This document shows, in pieces, positions 6,891-16,237 of a stretch of 33,185 nucleotides of DNA. Under the pieces are notes generated by a model. It did not search any database, was not told the DNA's origin, and saw only the letters and a list, made by a program, of their open reading frames with translations. The first letter of the stretch is position 1, and every line of letters starts with the position of its first letter. Source of the stretch: Desulfomonilaceae bacterium. GTDB lineage: Bacteria > Desulfobacterota > Desulfomonilia > Desulfomonilales > Desulfomonilaceae. The translations under genes and the position numbers were made by a program. The stretch lies in assembly GCA_049967315.1 (NCBI GenBank), contig JBMFSZ010000001.1, positions 1-33,185 on the forward strand, given 5' to 3'.

Positions 6891-8600
6891 ATGTCTCTGG
6901 AACGACGATTTTTTATTTTTCTATTGCTCCCGGTTGCTATTTTAGTCGCTGCCTTTGGTTTCTGGGGCTTTCTATTTGCCAGAGGATATCTCCTGGATCA
7001 GTGGCTAATCTCTATTCATCTCCAGTTGGAAAAAGCAGCGCATGAGATTAGCATGTCGCTAAACGAAAAACTTGAGCTCATCAACTTGGTAGCCAAAGCA
7101 GAAAACGCCCCTGATAGAGACATCACGCAGGCATTCCTGATTCAGCAAATTACCGAAAAGCCGGGCGTCCGTTTTGTGGACATCATCTCCCCACCATCCC
7201 GAGGGTCGGAGGAAAACCAACTCAAAACAGCGGATCTTGATGATGACAAAGTTGGCGGCACTTATACCATGGAAATATGTGGAGACTTCGGCTTTTGCGC
7301 CCCTATGATGGACCCCAATTCTCCCGACAAGACACTTAGAATAATAAGAAACCTGGATCCGGATAACCCTGAGAGTTCAAGGAAACTCCTGGTAAGAATC
7401 AGCTTCGAATCATTTCTCGAACCGATAAAAAAAATGAACTTTGTCGAGGGTGGGTCAGCATGGCTTGTGACTAGCACCGGGCAGTTCCTCGCTGTTACGG
7501 ACAAACAGTATTCCGATAGAAAAAGGATTGGTGACAATGGGGACCCTTTCGAGAAGACTATTCTGGAGAACATCAGGAAAAAACCTTATGGTCACGTTTT
7601 TGGGCAGGGAAACCCACCAAAAGTAATCGCCGGCTTTTACAAAATTCATTCAGTCAATTGGTATATAGTTCTGATTTCTCAAGGCCGGATCATGTTGGAA
7701 CCAATCATACAGTTTCGATTCTATTACACCGTCGCCGGCCTACTTGCTCTTACAATAATCCTGTCCTTGATTAGAATCGTTACCCGGTCCGTCGTTCATT
7801 CAATTTCAGAAATATCGGACGCTGCTGTTCGAGTACAGGAGGGTGATTATTCGTTAAAGTTGCCCGAATACCGGAAAGATGAAATAGGCCAGTTAAATCG
7901 AAGTTTCAACCAGATGGTGCAGGGCCTGAAGCAACGCGACATAATAGAGCAAACCTTTGGACGATATGTAGACAAGAAAGTGGCTCAAGACTTGATGAGT
8001 CGTCCTGAAGCCCTTAAGCTAGGCGGAGAAAAAGGCTTAGTGTCAATAATGATGTCGGATCTCCGGAATTTTACAGTTGTATCAGAGCAGTACAGCCCTG
8101 AAATCGTAATCACGATATTAAACAATTATTTTTCACGAATGATTTCAGTGATAGAGAGATATCGTGGCATCATTGTGGACTTTTATGGTGACTCGATACT
8201 CGTATTTTTTAACGGAGTTGACTCTAATGTTCGTGAAAGGGCGTATGACGCCCTATGGTGTGCCTTGGAAATGCAAGACGAAATGCACACCTTCATTAAA
8301 GAGAGCGCAGCGAAAGGATTCCCTGAGCTCTCTATGGGAATAGGGATTAATACAGGCGAAGTGGTGATTGGGAATATCGGCGCAAAATCCAGAGCCAAAT
8401 ATGGCATAGTAGGGGCAGATGTCAATCTTACCGACAGAATCCAGGCCACAGCCAGCCCGGGAAAAGTCGTTATTTCTGAAACAACATACGAACTGGTAAA
8501 AGACCGCTTTGCAGCAATCAGGGAGTTTGAAGTTTGTTTGAAGGGGGTAATGGATGAAAAGAAACTCTATGAAATCGATTACTCATCTTTAAAACGGTGA
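6891..8600 (+). CDS. Membrane-bound sensor nucleotide cyclase: TM, ~245-aa extracytoplasmic (Cache-like) domain, TM, HAMP, class III adenylate/guanylate cyclase domain.
   Basis: TM1 is FFIFLLLPVAILVAAFGFWGFLFA and TM2 is YYTVAGLLALTIILSLIRIV. The HAMP segment is ISEISDAAVRVQEGDYSLKLPEYRKDEIGQLNRSFNQMVQGL. The cyclase core is VSIMMSDLRNFT...GIIVDFYGDSILVFF...GIGINTGEVVIGNIG...GADVNLTDRIQ...VVISETTY. Confidence 0.85.
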   Translation: MSLERRFFIFLLLPVAILVAAFGFWGFLFARGYLLDQWLISIHLQLEKAAHEISMSLNEKLELINLVAKAENAPDRDITQAFLIQQITEKPGVRFVDIISPPSRGSEENQLKTADLDDDKVGGTYTMEICGDFGFCAPMMDPNSPDKTLRIIRNLDPDNPESSRKLLVRISFESFLEPIKKMNFVEGGSAWLVTSTGQFLAVTDKQYSDRKRIGDNGDPFEKTILENIRKKPYGHVFGQGNPPKVIAGFYKIHSVNWYIVLISQGRIMLEPIIQFRFYYTVAGLLALTIILSLIRIVTRSVVHSISEISDAAVRVQEGDYSLKLPEYRKDEIGQLNRSFNQMVQGLKQRDIIEQTFGRYVDKKVAQDLMSRPEALKLGGEKGLVSIMMSDLRNFTVVSEQYSPEIVITILNNYFSRMISVIERYRGIIVDFYGDSILVFFNGVDSNVRERAYDALWCALEMQDEMHTFIKESAAKGFPELSMGIGINTGEVVIGNIGAKSRAKYGIVGADVNLTDRIQATASPGKVVISETTYELVKDRFAAIREFEVCLKGVMDEKKLYEIDYSSLKR

Positions 8601-8699
8601 AGATTCTCCCCCATCAAATGACAATGGCCATCAGCTCCAATCAACATTCACTCATCATCTAAACATGATTTTAGAGCATACTTTTCTCCCAAAATAATT

Positions 8700-9536
8700 T
8701 TAGTAGACGATGGCGGCATAGCCGACAAAGCTTGGGCCTGGGAGAATATCATAACTCGTATAGTAATCTAACAGTCGACCAATACTTGATCCGCAGAGTC
8801 TCGCGACCTCGATTATTGAAGCGATAGGTCCCGCGGAGCACGTGTTTTGTCTTATTCGAGCTTCCTTTATTAGGTCCAAAGCTTCCATGTTTATAGCTTT
8901 CTCAATTAACGTCCTGTCATTCTCTTCTTTGACCCATCTCAAGGATGCGGCCCCGGTTCCTTTGGGAACAAATCCATAATTCGGACCGTAATGAGTTAAG
9001 TCAGCTGAACCTATAAACACAGACTTGAGTTTTTTTTCATCCAAAAGACCTTTAACATTTCGAGCCAATTCAATCGCTCTTTCGGAGGAAGGAGAATGTA
9101 CAGCTATTACCTTGGATCCTGGGAAAAAATATCGAACCATGGGTAGCTGAATTTCAATAGTGTTATCTGAGAAACCACGTTCAACAGGTGAAGCGTGCCC
9201 TTCATTTACCAAGCGGTAAGTCAAATCGGCATCCAGATCCTGTGGCCCGAAAGGAGTGTCCCATGCATCCTCCATGTAAGCAATCGGATCGTATCCCCCT
9301 GGCAGATGCCCACCGAAAATTACCACGCGTTCCACAGATCCCCCAGATGACAACGTTTTGGCAACTTTTGCGGACGCCCTTCCGGAAAATCCCCAACCGG
9401 CGTGAGGGGCCACCCCAGCATTCCACTTCCCCTCAGGCAATTCGAAACCTTGCAGAAAATGTAAAATCTCCCGTTCGCATTCCTTTGCTGTTCCCGGGTA
9501 CCAGCCTGTCGGCAACGTCCTTCTTCTGACATTCAT
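8700..9536 (-). CDS. amrB: AmmeMemoRadiSam system protein B (Memo-like).
   Basis: 278 aa. GWYPG, APHAGWGFSG, GSADLTHYGPNYGF and the FVGYAAIVY terminus are typical of the MEMO1/AmrB family. GAGAGGTG lies 6 nt upstream of the ATG at 9536. Confidence 0.8.
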   Translation of the reverse strand: MNVRRRTLPTGWYPGTAKECEREILHFLQGFELPEGKWNAGVAPHAGWGFSGRASAKVAKTLSSGGSVERVVIFGGHLPGGYDPIAYMEDAWDTPFGPQDLDADLTYRLVNEGHASPVERGFSDNTIEIQLPMVRYFFPGSKVIAVHSPSSERAIELARNVKGLLDEKKLKSVFIGSADLTHYGPNYGFVPKGTGAASLRWVKEENDRTLIEKAINMEALDLIKEARIRQNTCSAGPIASIIEVARLCGSSIGRLLDYYTSYDILPGPSFVGYAAIVY

Positions 9537-9612
9537 AGAAACACCTCTCTGAATTCATTCGGAAGGTACCAGTGATGTGGTTATTTTAGGCCTGATTTAC
9601 AAATAGCAATTT

Positions 9613-12600
9613 TTAGAGATTGTTGGAATAGCAGTTTGCCAGTCTGGCTGTTAAAGATAGTCTATGATACTCTTGCAGAGACATTACCCTAAACTCATCT
9701 CCCCGACAAATACTTTTAAGCCCCAACGACAAAGCGTTTGCCCCAGCCAGTGTAGTAAAGTAAGGAACATTACGATTTAAAGCCGCCAAGCGGATATCCA
9801 TAGAATCTTTGAAAGATTTCTTATCTGCCGCAGTATTAATTACCAGCACAATTTCATTTTTCTTTATCAGGTCGATTACATCCAGTTGGCCTTCCTCATG
9901 GACCTTGGCCACTACCAGACTAGGAATGCCAGCTGCTTCAAGCGCAGCCGCAGTTCCTTCAGTGCATACAAAAGTAAATCCACATTGGCTCATTCTTCTC
10001 GCTACTATAACGGCTGTCGCCTTGTCCCTACCAGCCACACTCAAAAAAACCCTACCGCCGGAAGGAATGGGAAAATCTGTACTATATTGAGCTTTTAAAA
10101 AAGCCTGGCCAAATTCCATGTCTATTCCCATAACTTCACCTGTAGATTTCATCTCCGGGCCCAGCACAACATCAACCCCTGAAAATTTGATAAACGGGAA
10201 AACAGCTTCTTTAACACTCACATGGTCGGGGATTATTTCACTTGTAAATCCCAGTTCTTCGAGAGTCTTGCCTGCCATTACGCGAGCCCCGATCTTCGCT
10301 AACGGAACACCAATGGCTTTAGAAACAAAAGGAATGGTTCTCGATGCTCTCGGATTCACTTCCAGAACAAATATTTCCCCGTCCTTCAATGCAAGTTGAA
10401 GGTTCATTAAACCTTTCACTTTTAATTCAAGCGCCAACATTCTGGTAATTCGACGTATCTCGTCAAGATGGTATCTGCCTAGACTGTAAGGTGGCAGGGA
10501 GCACGAAGAATCGCCTGAATGGATGCCTGCTTCCTCTATATGTTCCATAATTCCGCCGATAACAACCGTATCCCCGTCGGCAACGGCGTCTACGTCGATT
10601 TCGACTGCGCCGGTCAGATAGCCGTCTACCAGGATAGGATGGTCTGGGGAAGCCTTCACAACAGAAGTAAGATATTCCTTGAGATCCTCCTGGTTATGCA
10701 CTATTTGCATGGCGCGCCCACCTAACACATATGATGGCCTTACCACTAATGGGTATCCAATTCTACCGGCTACCTCCATTACTTCGTCATATGAATGGGC
10801 GATATCATTAGGCGGTTGATTCAAACCCAGTTTCAATAGCATTTCCTTGAAACGTTTCCGGTCTTCAGCTCGGTCTATGGCATCAGGAGATGTTCCAATA
10901 ATTGGCACTCCTGCGTTCCACAGTGCTACAGATAATTTTAGAGGCGTTTGACCTCCGAATTGCACTATCACTCCATCCGGTTTTTCTCGGTCTACGATCT
11001 CCAGAACGTCCTCGAATGTCAGAGGTTCAAAGTATAGTCTGTCTGAAGTGTCATAGTCTGTGCTTACCGTTTCTGGATTGCAGTTAACCATGATGGTCTC
11101 AAAACCATCTTCTTCAAGGGCGAATGCTCCGTGGACACAACAATAATCGAATTCAATACCTTGTCCTATCCTGTTTGGGCCTCCGCCAAGAATCATAATT
11201 TTCTTCCTGTCTGTCACACCAGACTCGTCTTCATCCTCATAGGAAGAATATAGATAAGGTGTATGAGCCTCAAACTCGGCGGCGCAGGTGTCGACTCTTT
11301 TGAAAACAGGCCGAACATTTTTCTTGATCCTAAGATCACGAATCTCCTGTTCACTGGAATTAATCAATTCGGCTAACCTGATGTCCGAAAAACCCATCTT
11401 CTTGGCTTCTATGAGGTTGTCCAACACATACGGCCCATCTAGCCAACCAGGCCGCTTTATCCGGGTTTCCATATCAATTATTTGTCTAATCTGGTCCAAA
11501 AACCACGGGTCAATTTTTGAAGCCGAATACAGTTCCTGAATGCTGGCGCCACGTCGCAAAGCGTCAGCAATTTGCCACAATCTGTCCGGAGTAGGCCGTT
11601 TAATGCGATCAAGGACATCTTCTTTTGTCAAACCTCTGGGGAGTCTTGGTTCAAAGCCATAAACATCTATTTCCAAGGAACGAATAGCTTTTTGGAGAGA
11701 TTCCTTGAAATTCCTACCTATAGCCATGACCTCGCCGACAGATTTCATCTGTGTCCCAAGAGTGTTATCAGCCCCGGGAAATTTCTCGAATGTAAATCGG
11801 GGGATTTTGGTGACCACGTAATCGATTGTAGGTTCAAAAGAAGCCGGGGTTTTAAGGGTAATGTCGTTTGATAATTCGTCCAGTGTATAGCCTACCGCCA
11901 GCTTGGCGGCTATCTTGGCAATGGGAAACCCAGTAGCTTTTGAGGCAAGGGCGCTAGACCTGCTGACTCTGGGATTCATTTCAATTACCACGACCCGTCC
12001 ATTTTCGGGGTGCACGGCAAACTGTATGTTCGAACCCCCGGTATCAACACCTATCTCTCTAATAATCGCTACCGACTGATCCCGGAGTATCTGATATTCC
12101 TTGTCCGTCAGTGTCTGGGCTGGCGCTACAGTAATTGAGTCTCCGGTATGAACCCCCATTGGATCGAAATTTTCGATGGAGCAAATGATGACGACATTGT
12201 CATTGCCATCCCTCATTACTTCGAGCTCAAACTCTTTCCACCCGAGAACCGATTCTTCAATCAGTACCCTACCCACAGGAGAAGCTTCTAGTCCCCATAT
12301 CGCAAGGCGTTCGAAGCTTTCCTCCGTAAAAGCGATACTGCCGCCAGTTCCACCAAGAGTGAAAGAAGGCCTGATTACATTTGGGAATCCAATTTCCCTC
12401 GCTATTCTCCACGCATGATCAACGGAGTCTGCGTAACCGCTTTTGGGGAGATCCAACCCAATATTACTCATAGCAATTTTGAATTGATCCCTATCCTCAG
12501 CTTTGTTTATGGCTTCTATACCCGCTCCGATAAGCTCAACCCCGTATTTCTCAAGTATTCGAGCCTCATGTAGTTCAACAGCGCGATTGAGCGCGGTCTG

Positions 12601-12876
12601 TCCACCTAAGGTAGGTAAAAGCGCATCGGGGCGTTCTTTTGCGATAATGTTGGCGAGCACGTCTATTTTCAAAGGCTCAATATATGTAGCGTCCGAAAAT
12701 TCAGGATCGGTCATGATGGTAGCAGGGTTAGAATTTACAAGCACAACCCTGAAACCCTCTTCCTTCAGAGCCTTTAGCGCTTGTGTGCCCGAGTAGTCGA
12801 ACTCACACGCCTGACCTATAACTATCGGCCCCGAACCTATGAGCATAATTGATTTGATGTCTTTTCTTTTAGGCAT
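9613..12876 (-). CDS. carB: Carbamoyl-phosphate synthase large subunit.
   Basis: 1087 aa with duplicated ATP-grasp halves ([33 protein letters not shown] and [21 protein letters not shown]), an oligomerisation domain and a C-terminal MGS-like domain. Confidence 0.97.
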   Translation of the reverse strand: MPKRKDIKSIMLIGSGPIVIGQACEFDYSGTQALKALKEEGFRVVLVNSNPATIMTDPEFSDATYIEPLKIDVLANIIAKERPDALLPTLGGQTALNRAVELHEARILEKYGVELIGAGIEAINKAEDRDQFKIAMSNIGLDLPKSGYADSVDHAWRIAREIGFPNVIRPSFTLGGTGGSIAFTEESFERLAIWGLEASPVGRVLIEESVLGWKEFELEVMRDGNDNVVIICSIENFDPMGVHTGDSITVAPAQTLTDKEYQILRDQSVAIIREIGVDTGGSNIQFAVHPENGRVVVIEMNPRVSRSSALASKATGFPIAKIAAKLAVGYTLDELSNDITLKTPASFEPTIDYVVTKIPRFTFEKFPGADNTLGTQMKSVGEVMAIGRNFKESLQKAIRSLEIDVYGFEPRLPRGLTKEDVLDRIKRPTPDRLWQIADALRRGASIQELYSASKIDPWFLDQIRQIIDMETRIKRPGWLDGPYVLDNLIEAKKMGFSDIRLAELINSSEQEIRDLRIKKNVRPVFKRVDTCAAEFEAHTPYLYSSYEDEDESGVTDRKKIMILGGGPNRIGQGIEFDYCCVHGAFALEEDGFETIMVNCNPETVSTDYDTSDRLYFEPLTFEDVLEIVDREKPDGVIVQFGGQTPLKLSVALWNAGVPIIGTSPDAIDRAEDRKRFKEMLLKLGLNQPPNDIAHSYDEVMEVAGRIGYPLVVRPSYVLGGRAMQIVHNQEDLKEYLTSVVKASPDHPILVDGYLTGAVEIDVDAVADGDTVVIGGIMEHIEEAGIHSGDSSCSLPPYSLGRYHLDEIRRITRMLALELKVKGLMNLQLALKDGEIFVLEVNPRASRTIPFVSKAIGVPLAKIGARVMAGKTLEELGFTSEIIPDHVSVKEAVFPFIKFSGVDVVLGPEMKSTGEVMGIDMEFGQAFLKAQYSTDFPIPSGGRVFLSVAGRDKATAVIVARRMSQCGFTFVCTEGTAAALEAAGIPSLVVAKVHEEGQLDVIDLIKKNEIVLVINTAADKKSFKDSMDIRLAALNRNVPYFTTLAGANALSLGLKSICRGDEFRVMSLQEYHRLSLTARLANCYSNNL

Positions 12877-13003
12877 AAAAAAATATTCTCTTCCGCTACA
12901 GGTGTATTTATAAATAAGGATTTTCAGAACATGATATAAATCTTACAGACTATATGGCTGTTGGCTTAAAAATTCAAGTCTAACTCTGTACTAGCAGGTA
13001 GCA

Positions 13004-14461
13004 GTGTCCAGGTTAAAGAGCATGTTGGCTTTCGATTTGCGTGAAGCAAGAAACTATTTAAGGGAGTCGTGGGCAATCGGCTGGCCAATGATGCTCGTAA
13101 TGTTTTTTCAATTTTCCATTGGAATAGCCGATGTATACGTAGCTGGTCTACTTGGACCGGACATTCTTGCCTCGGTAGGATACGTGGGCCAGCTTTATTG
13201 GACATTGATGATACTGGCTAATGCGATATCCGTAGGGACCGTGTCAATGGTTTCACAAGCCTACGGAGCAAAATCTGGAGTCGGAGTTGGACATATTGCT
13301 GCAAACTCCACAATGCTTGGGTTACTTGTGTCGGGGGTCATTACGATCATTTCCAGAGTATATGCCCAAGAAATTATCAGTCTTTCCGGGATGCCGGAAT
13401 CTATAAGAGGAATAGCTGAAAATTTTATCAGAATTTTCTCCCTGGTGCTGCTGCCAACATACTTGATGATTATAACGAGCGGGATACTCCGGGCTTCCGG
13501 CCGTGTAAAAACAGCAATGATATTCAGTTGCGTAACATCACTGCTCAATGTAATCGGTGACTTCGTCCTGGTTTACGGACACGGGCCAATCCCATCATTT
13601 GGATATCAGGGGATAGCGTGGTCGTCCGCTTTTGCTACCACTGTAGGGATGGTTCTTAACCTATCAAGTGTATTTCGTGGACCGTACAGAATTACGATAA
13701 AGACAATAGGAACTCCCATCTGCGCATGCCTGAGGAATCTTATCAGGTTAGGAGTCCCTACGGCGCTCCAGCAGACGGCCTGGAACGCCGGAACACTAGT
13801 AGTGTATTTCCTGATTACGAAACTGGAAGGATCCCAGGTAACGGCATTAGCGGCAATAACAGCGGGGGTGCGAGTAGAGGCGATCATTTTCCTACCGATT
13901 TTCGCGTTTAACATGGCAGCGGCTGTAGTGGCCGGAAACAAGCTAGGAGCGAAAGATTTTTCAGGCGCGAGGACAGGAGCCAAGGTTACCGCATTCCTTT
14001 GTGTTTCAATTATCCTGCTTCCCACTGCCGCTATCTTTTGGTTCGCTCCTGAAATTTCGGGTCTTCTGACTGGTGATCCTGATGTTTTGGCCGAAATGAC
14101 CAGGTATCTGCGTATAAATATGCTGGGCGAACCATTTCTCGCTTGGGGTATATCCCTAGCCGGAACCTTACAGGGAGCTGGTGACACTTTCGGAACCATG
14201 CGAATAATTTTTGTCAGCATGTGGTTATTCAGGATCCCATTCATTGTGTTTGCGATTTATGCGCTAAACATAGGTCCAACGGGAATCTGGTGGTGTATGG
14301 CCACATCTGTGCTCATTATGTGCGTTCTCCTGGTTCACAGATTTCGTGGCGACAAATGGATGAACGCGTCAATGGACAAGGACAAAAAGACTATGCTTTG
14401 GGAGTCGTGCTTACCAATTCAAGCGAGCATGCCAGCAGACAAGACCATGGACGATAACTAA
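13004..14461 (+). CDS. MATE family efflux transporter.
   Basis: About 12 hydrophobic segments. The N-terminus (LRESWAIGWPMMLVMFFQFSIGIADVYVAG) and the mid-protein repeat (LIRLGVPTALQQTAWNAGTLVVYF) are typical of MATE/NorM/DinF. The start is ambiguous between GTG 13004 and ATG 13022. Confidence 0.85.
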   Translation: MSRLKSMLAFDLREARNYLRESWAIGWPMMLVMFFQFSIGIADVYVAGLLGPDILASVGYVGQLYWTLMILANAISVGTVSMVSQAYGAKSGVGVGHIAANSTMLGLLVSGVITIISRVYAQEIISLSGMPESIRGIAENFIRIFSLVLLPTYLMIITSGILRASGRVKTAMIFSCVTSLLNVIGDFVLVYGHGPIPSFGYQGIAWSSAFATTVGMVLNLSSVFRGPYRITIKTIGTPICACLRNLIRLGVPTALQQTAWNAGTLVVYFLITKLEGSQVTALAAITAGVRVEAIIFLPIFAFNMAAAVVAGNKLGAKDFSGARTGAKVTAFLCVSIILLPTAAIFWFAPEISGLLTGDPDVLAEMTRYLRINMLGEPFLAWGISLAGTLQGAGDTFGTMRIIFVSMWLFRIPFIVFAIYALNIGPTGIWWCMATSVLIMCVLLVHRFRGDKWMNASMDKDKKTMLWESCLPIQASMPADKTMDDN

Positions 14462-14540
14462 CCGAAAAAATGATGTCTCTTTAGGTCAATTTTATGCATA
14501 TCTAGTTGTCACATCTCAACCTTTCCCATCAAGTTTGAAA

Positions 14541-14576
14541 TCAGGACTAGTATTTGATCCTGAAATTCGGTTTTTT
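14541..14576 (+). terminator. Weak hairpin plus T-run downstream of the MATE gene.
   Basis: TCAGGA (14541-14546) pairs with TCCTGA (14558-14563) around an 11-nt loop. TTTTTT follows at 14571-14576 after a 7-nt gap. The stem is short and the T-run is displaced. Confidence 0.25.
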
Positions 14577-14577
14577 G

Positions 14578-14606
14578 TTGACTCTTGTCTTTAATTGCAC
14601 TTAATA
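14578..14606 (+). promoter_or_regulatory. Sigma70-like promoter for the 14649 gene.
   Basis: TTGACT (14578-14583), a 17-nt spacer, then TTAATA (14601-14606), about 43 nt upstream of ATG 14649. This is incompatible with the longer track ORF starting at 14595. Confidence 0.35.
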
Positions 14607-14648
14607 GTTACGCTAAAGACTTTTACAGTGTGGGTAGGTAGGGGTAAA

Positions 14649-16199
14649 ATGAAATCCTTGGGAGAGGTGTTTGGTAGGGTAGTGTACCTTAAAACAGGCA
14701 GCATTTTTATTTTCTGTCTAATGTTTGTCATGGTTGTCTTTTCGACAGCGTCCGTATGTGCTCAGACTGATGAGCCGGCAGCAGCCACTTTCAAATCACC
14801 ATCTGTTACGGATTCCGGAGCATCCAGGCCATATTTATTGCCGGGAACGTCAGATCCTCAATTTGGGGGTTCCTCTGAAACGATTCCGTTTTCCAGCGGA
14901 ATGATCAGGAACTGGCTGCCCATTATTCCCAACTTGCAGTTCGGGTTCAACTACCTTTTCGGCAGGAATCTCACGCAGTCCTGGTGGACTGCCGATTATG
15001 TTTTGCCAGTCAATTTGACATCCAGCGACATTGTATTCGGTGAGGCACATCTGGATTCCGCCAATTCAGCCTCTACTGGAGGATTTCCTTTCCTGAACAA
15101 TTTCTGGCAACAGGGACAGGTGGGACTTCAGAACAGAATCGATCTGTCCCTTGGATTGGGCTACAGAAAGCTGTTCGGAAACAGGGCCCTCTTGGGCGTT
15201 TACGGGTTTTACGACTCAACCAGACTGTCAGGCTCCTGGAAATCGGCAGCAAGTGTCGGAGCGCAAATTGCCGCAAATGGACCTGGAGAGTCGGCTGTTG
15301 ACCTTAACGTCAATTATTATTCCGATTCCTATATCGGCTACGATTCGCGGGGAAGCGTTTTCCCAACGTTCAACCTGTTCGGCGCAATTGCCCACGGTGA
15401 GGGAAACTATGACCTGGAAGCGGGGCTCTCTCAACCAATTTTTAACCAAGCCTATGATTTAAGAATCAAGTTGGCCGGATATCGATATGATCTGGGTAAC
15501 TCGAAAGTTCATGGCTTGCGTTCGGGTGCTGACGTCACCACAGCCGATGGAGTTTTCAAGGTCTCCGCTGAATACGGCAACGATCGATTAATTGGACAGT
15601 ATGGTCAAATAGGCGCGTATATTAACATCGGTTTCCAGCCGGAAAATATCGTGAAAGGGGAAAGCCCATTCACCAAGCCGGAACCAATTTTTAAAAGTCC
15701 ACGACATTTAAGGCAATTGGCGTCACAGCCAGCCAAGAGAAACTGGCGAAAACCGTCTGCTGTCATTGCGAACGCATACTGCGAAGGATTGCCGGATGAT
15801 TCACTTTTTGACGCAGGTTATGATAAAGCATGCTTTTATTCTGGCTATCCGGCTGCAGCTAATCAATGTAACAACGCCGGACTTACAATAATTTCGCAGA
15901 CCCAAGGGGGTATTCAGTTCAACCAATACATGGCCCCATATTACGCTCAACAAGACCTAAATTATAATAGTGATGTCAAGCCCATGGATACTTGCGCCTC
16001 GGCAGCTTACGCCCGAGAAGCCAAAGGGGACACACTTCGCGTTTACATAACTTACAGCAAATGGCAAACTAAGACCGGTGGTTTTTTTGAAACAGAATTA
16101 CCCACGCTCCTTTCAAATCCTAATGTTCAACATCTTGACGCATATGTTCAAAGCGTGGGCGGCACATGGCCAACGACACCCACTTTTAGTTATAAATAG
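14649..16199 (+). CDS. Secreted outer-membrane protein with an inverse-autotransporter-like beta-barrel and an unassigned ~150-aa Cys-containing C-terminal domain.
   Basis: The start was moved to ATG 14649 (MKSLGE...), which has an upstream GGTAGGGG purine run and a signal peptide (IFIFCLMFVMVVFSTASVCA|QT). The middle region has alternating beta-strand patterning similar to intimin/invasin barrels: DLSLGLGYRKLFGNRALLGVYGFYDS, DLNVNYYSD, LRIKLAGYRYDL, FKVSAEYGND and GAYINIGF. A Pro/Lys-rich linker follows, then a C-terminal domain with 5 Cys. Confidence 0.6.
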   Translation: MKSLGEVFGRVVYLKTGSIFIFCLMFVMVVFSTASVCAQTDEPAAATFKSPSVTDSGASRPYLLPGTSDPQFGGSSETIPFSSGMIRNWLPIIPNLQFGFNYLFGRNLTQSWWTADYVLPVNLTSSDIVFGEAHLDSANSASTGGFPFLNNFWQQGQVGLQNRIDLSLGLGYRKLFGNRALLGVYGFYDSTRLSGSWKSAASVGAQIAANGPGESAVDLNVNYYSDSYIGYDSRGSVFPTFNLFGAIAHGEGNYDLEAGLSQPIFNQAYDLRIKLAGYRYDLGNSKVHGLRSGADVTTADGVFKVSAEYGNDRLIGQYGQIGAYINIGFQPENIVKGESPFTKPEPIFKSPRHLRQLASQPAKRNWRKPSAVIANAYCEGLPDDSLFDAGYDKACFYSGYPAAANQCNNAGLTIISQTQGGIQFNQYMAPYYAQQDLNYNSDVKPMDTCASAAYAREAKGDTLRVYITYSKWQTKTGGFFETELPTLLSNPNVQHLDAYVQSVGGTWPTTPTFSYK

Positions 16200-16237
16200 A
16201 TTAAACAATCACTAACGAACTGAAAGGCATACCAAAC

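Noticed and set aside
6891-8600. The idea that the atypical cyclase is a Pycsar/CBASS-like antiphage signalling enzyme.
   Set aside because: It has a classic two-TM extracytoplasmic sensor plus HAMP input. No effector gene (cyclic-nucleotide-binding, TIR, TM or phospholipase type) lies adjacent, and the next gene is convergent amrB. The architecture fits ordinary environmental signalling.
13606-14244. 212-aa minus-strand ORF inside the MATE gene.
   Set aside because: It is fully antisense to a gene with clear MATE motifs. Its low-complexity Ala/Pro/Arg/Ser-rich translation is typical of the shadow frame of a hydrophobic membrane-protein gene, and it has no SD or family resemblance.
14595-14648. 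N-terminal extensions of track ORFs (14595, 21108, 22512, 23547, 26243, and possibly 20143 and 26136).
   Set aside because: In each case an internal ATG has a better SD. It also yields an N-terminus that matches the family or forms a proper signal peptide. The upstream extensions are non-homologous and overlap promoter-like or neighbouring-gene sequence.
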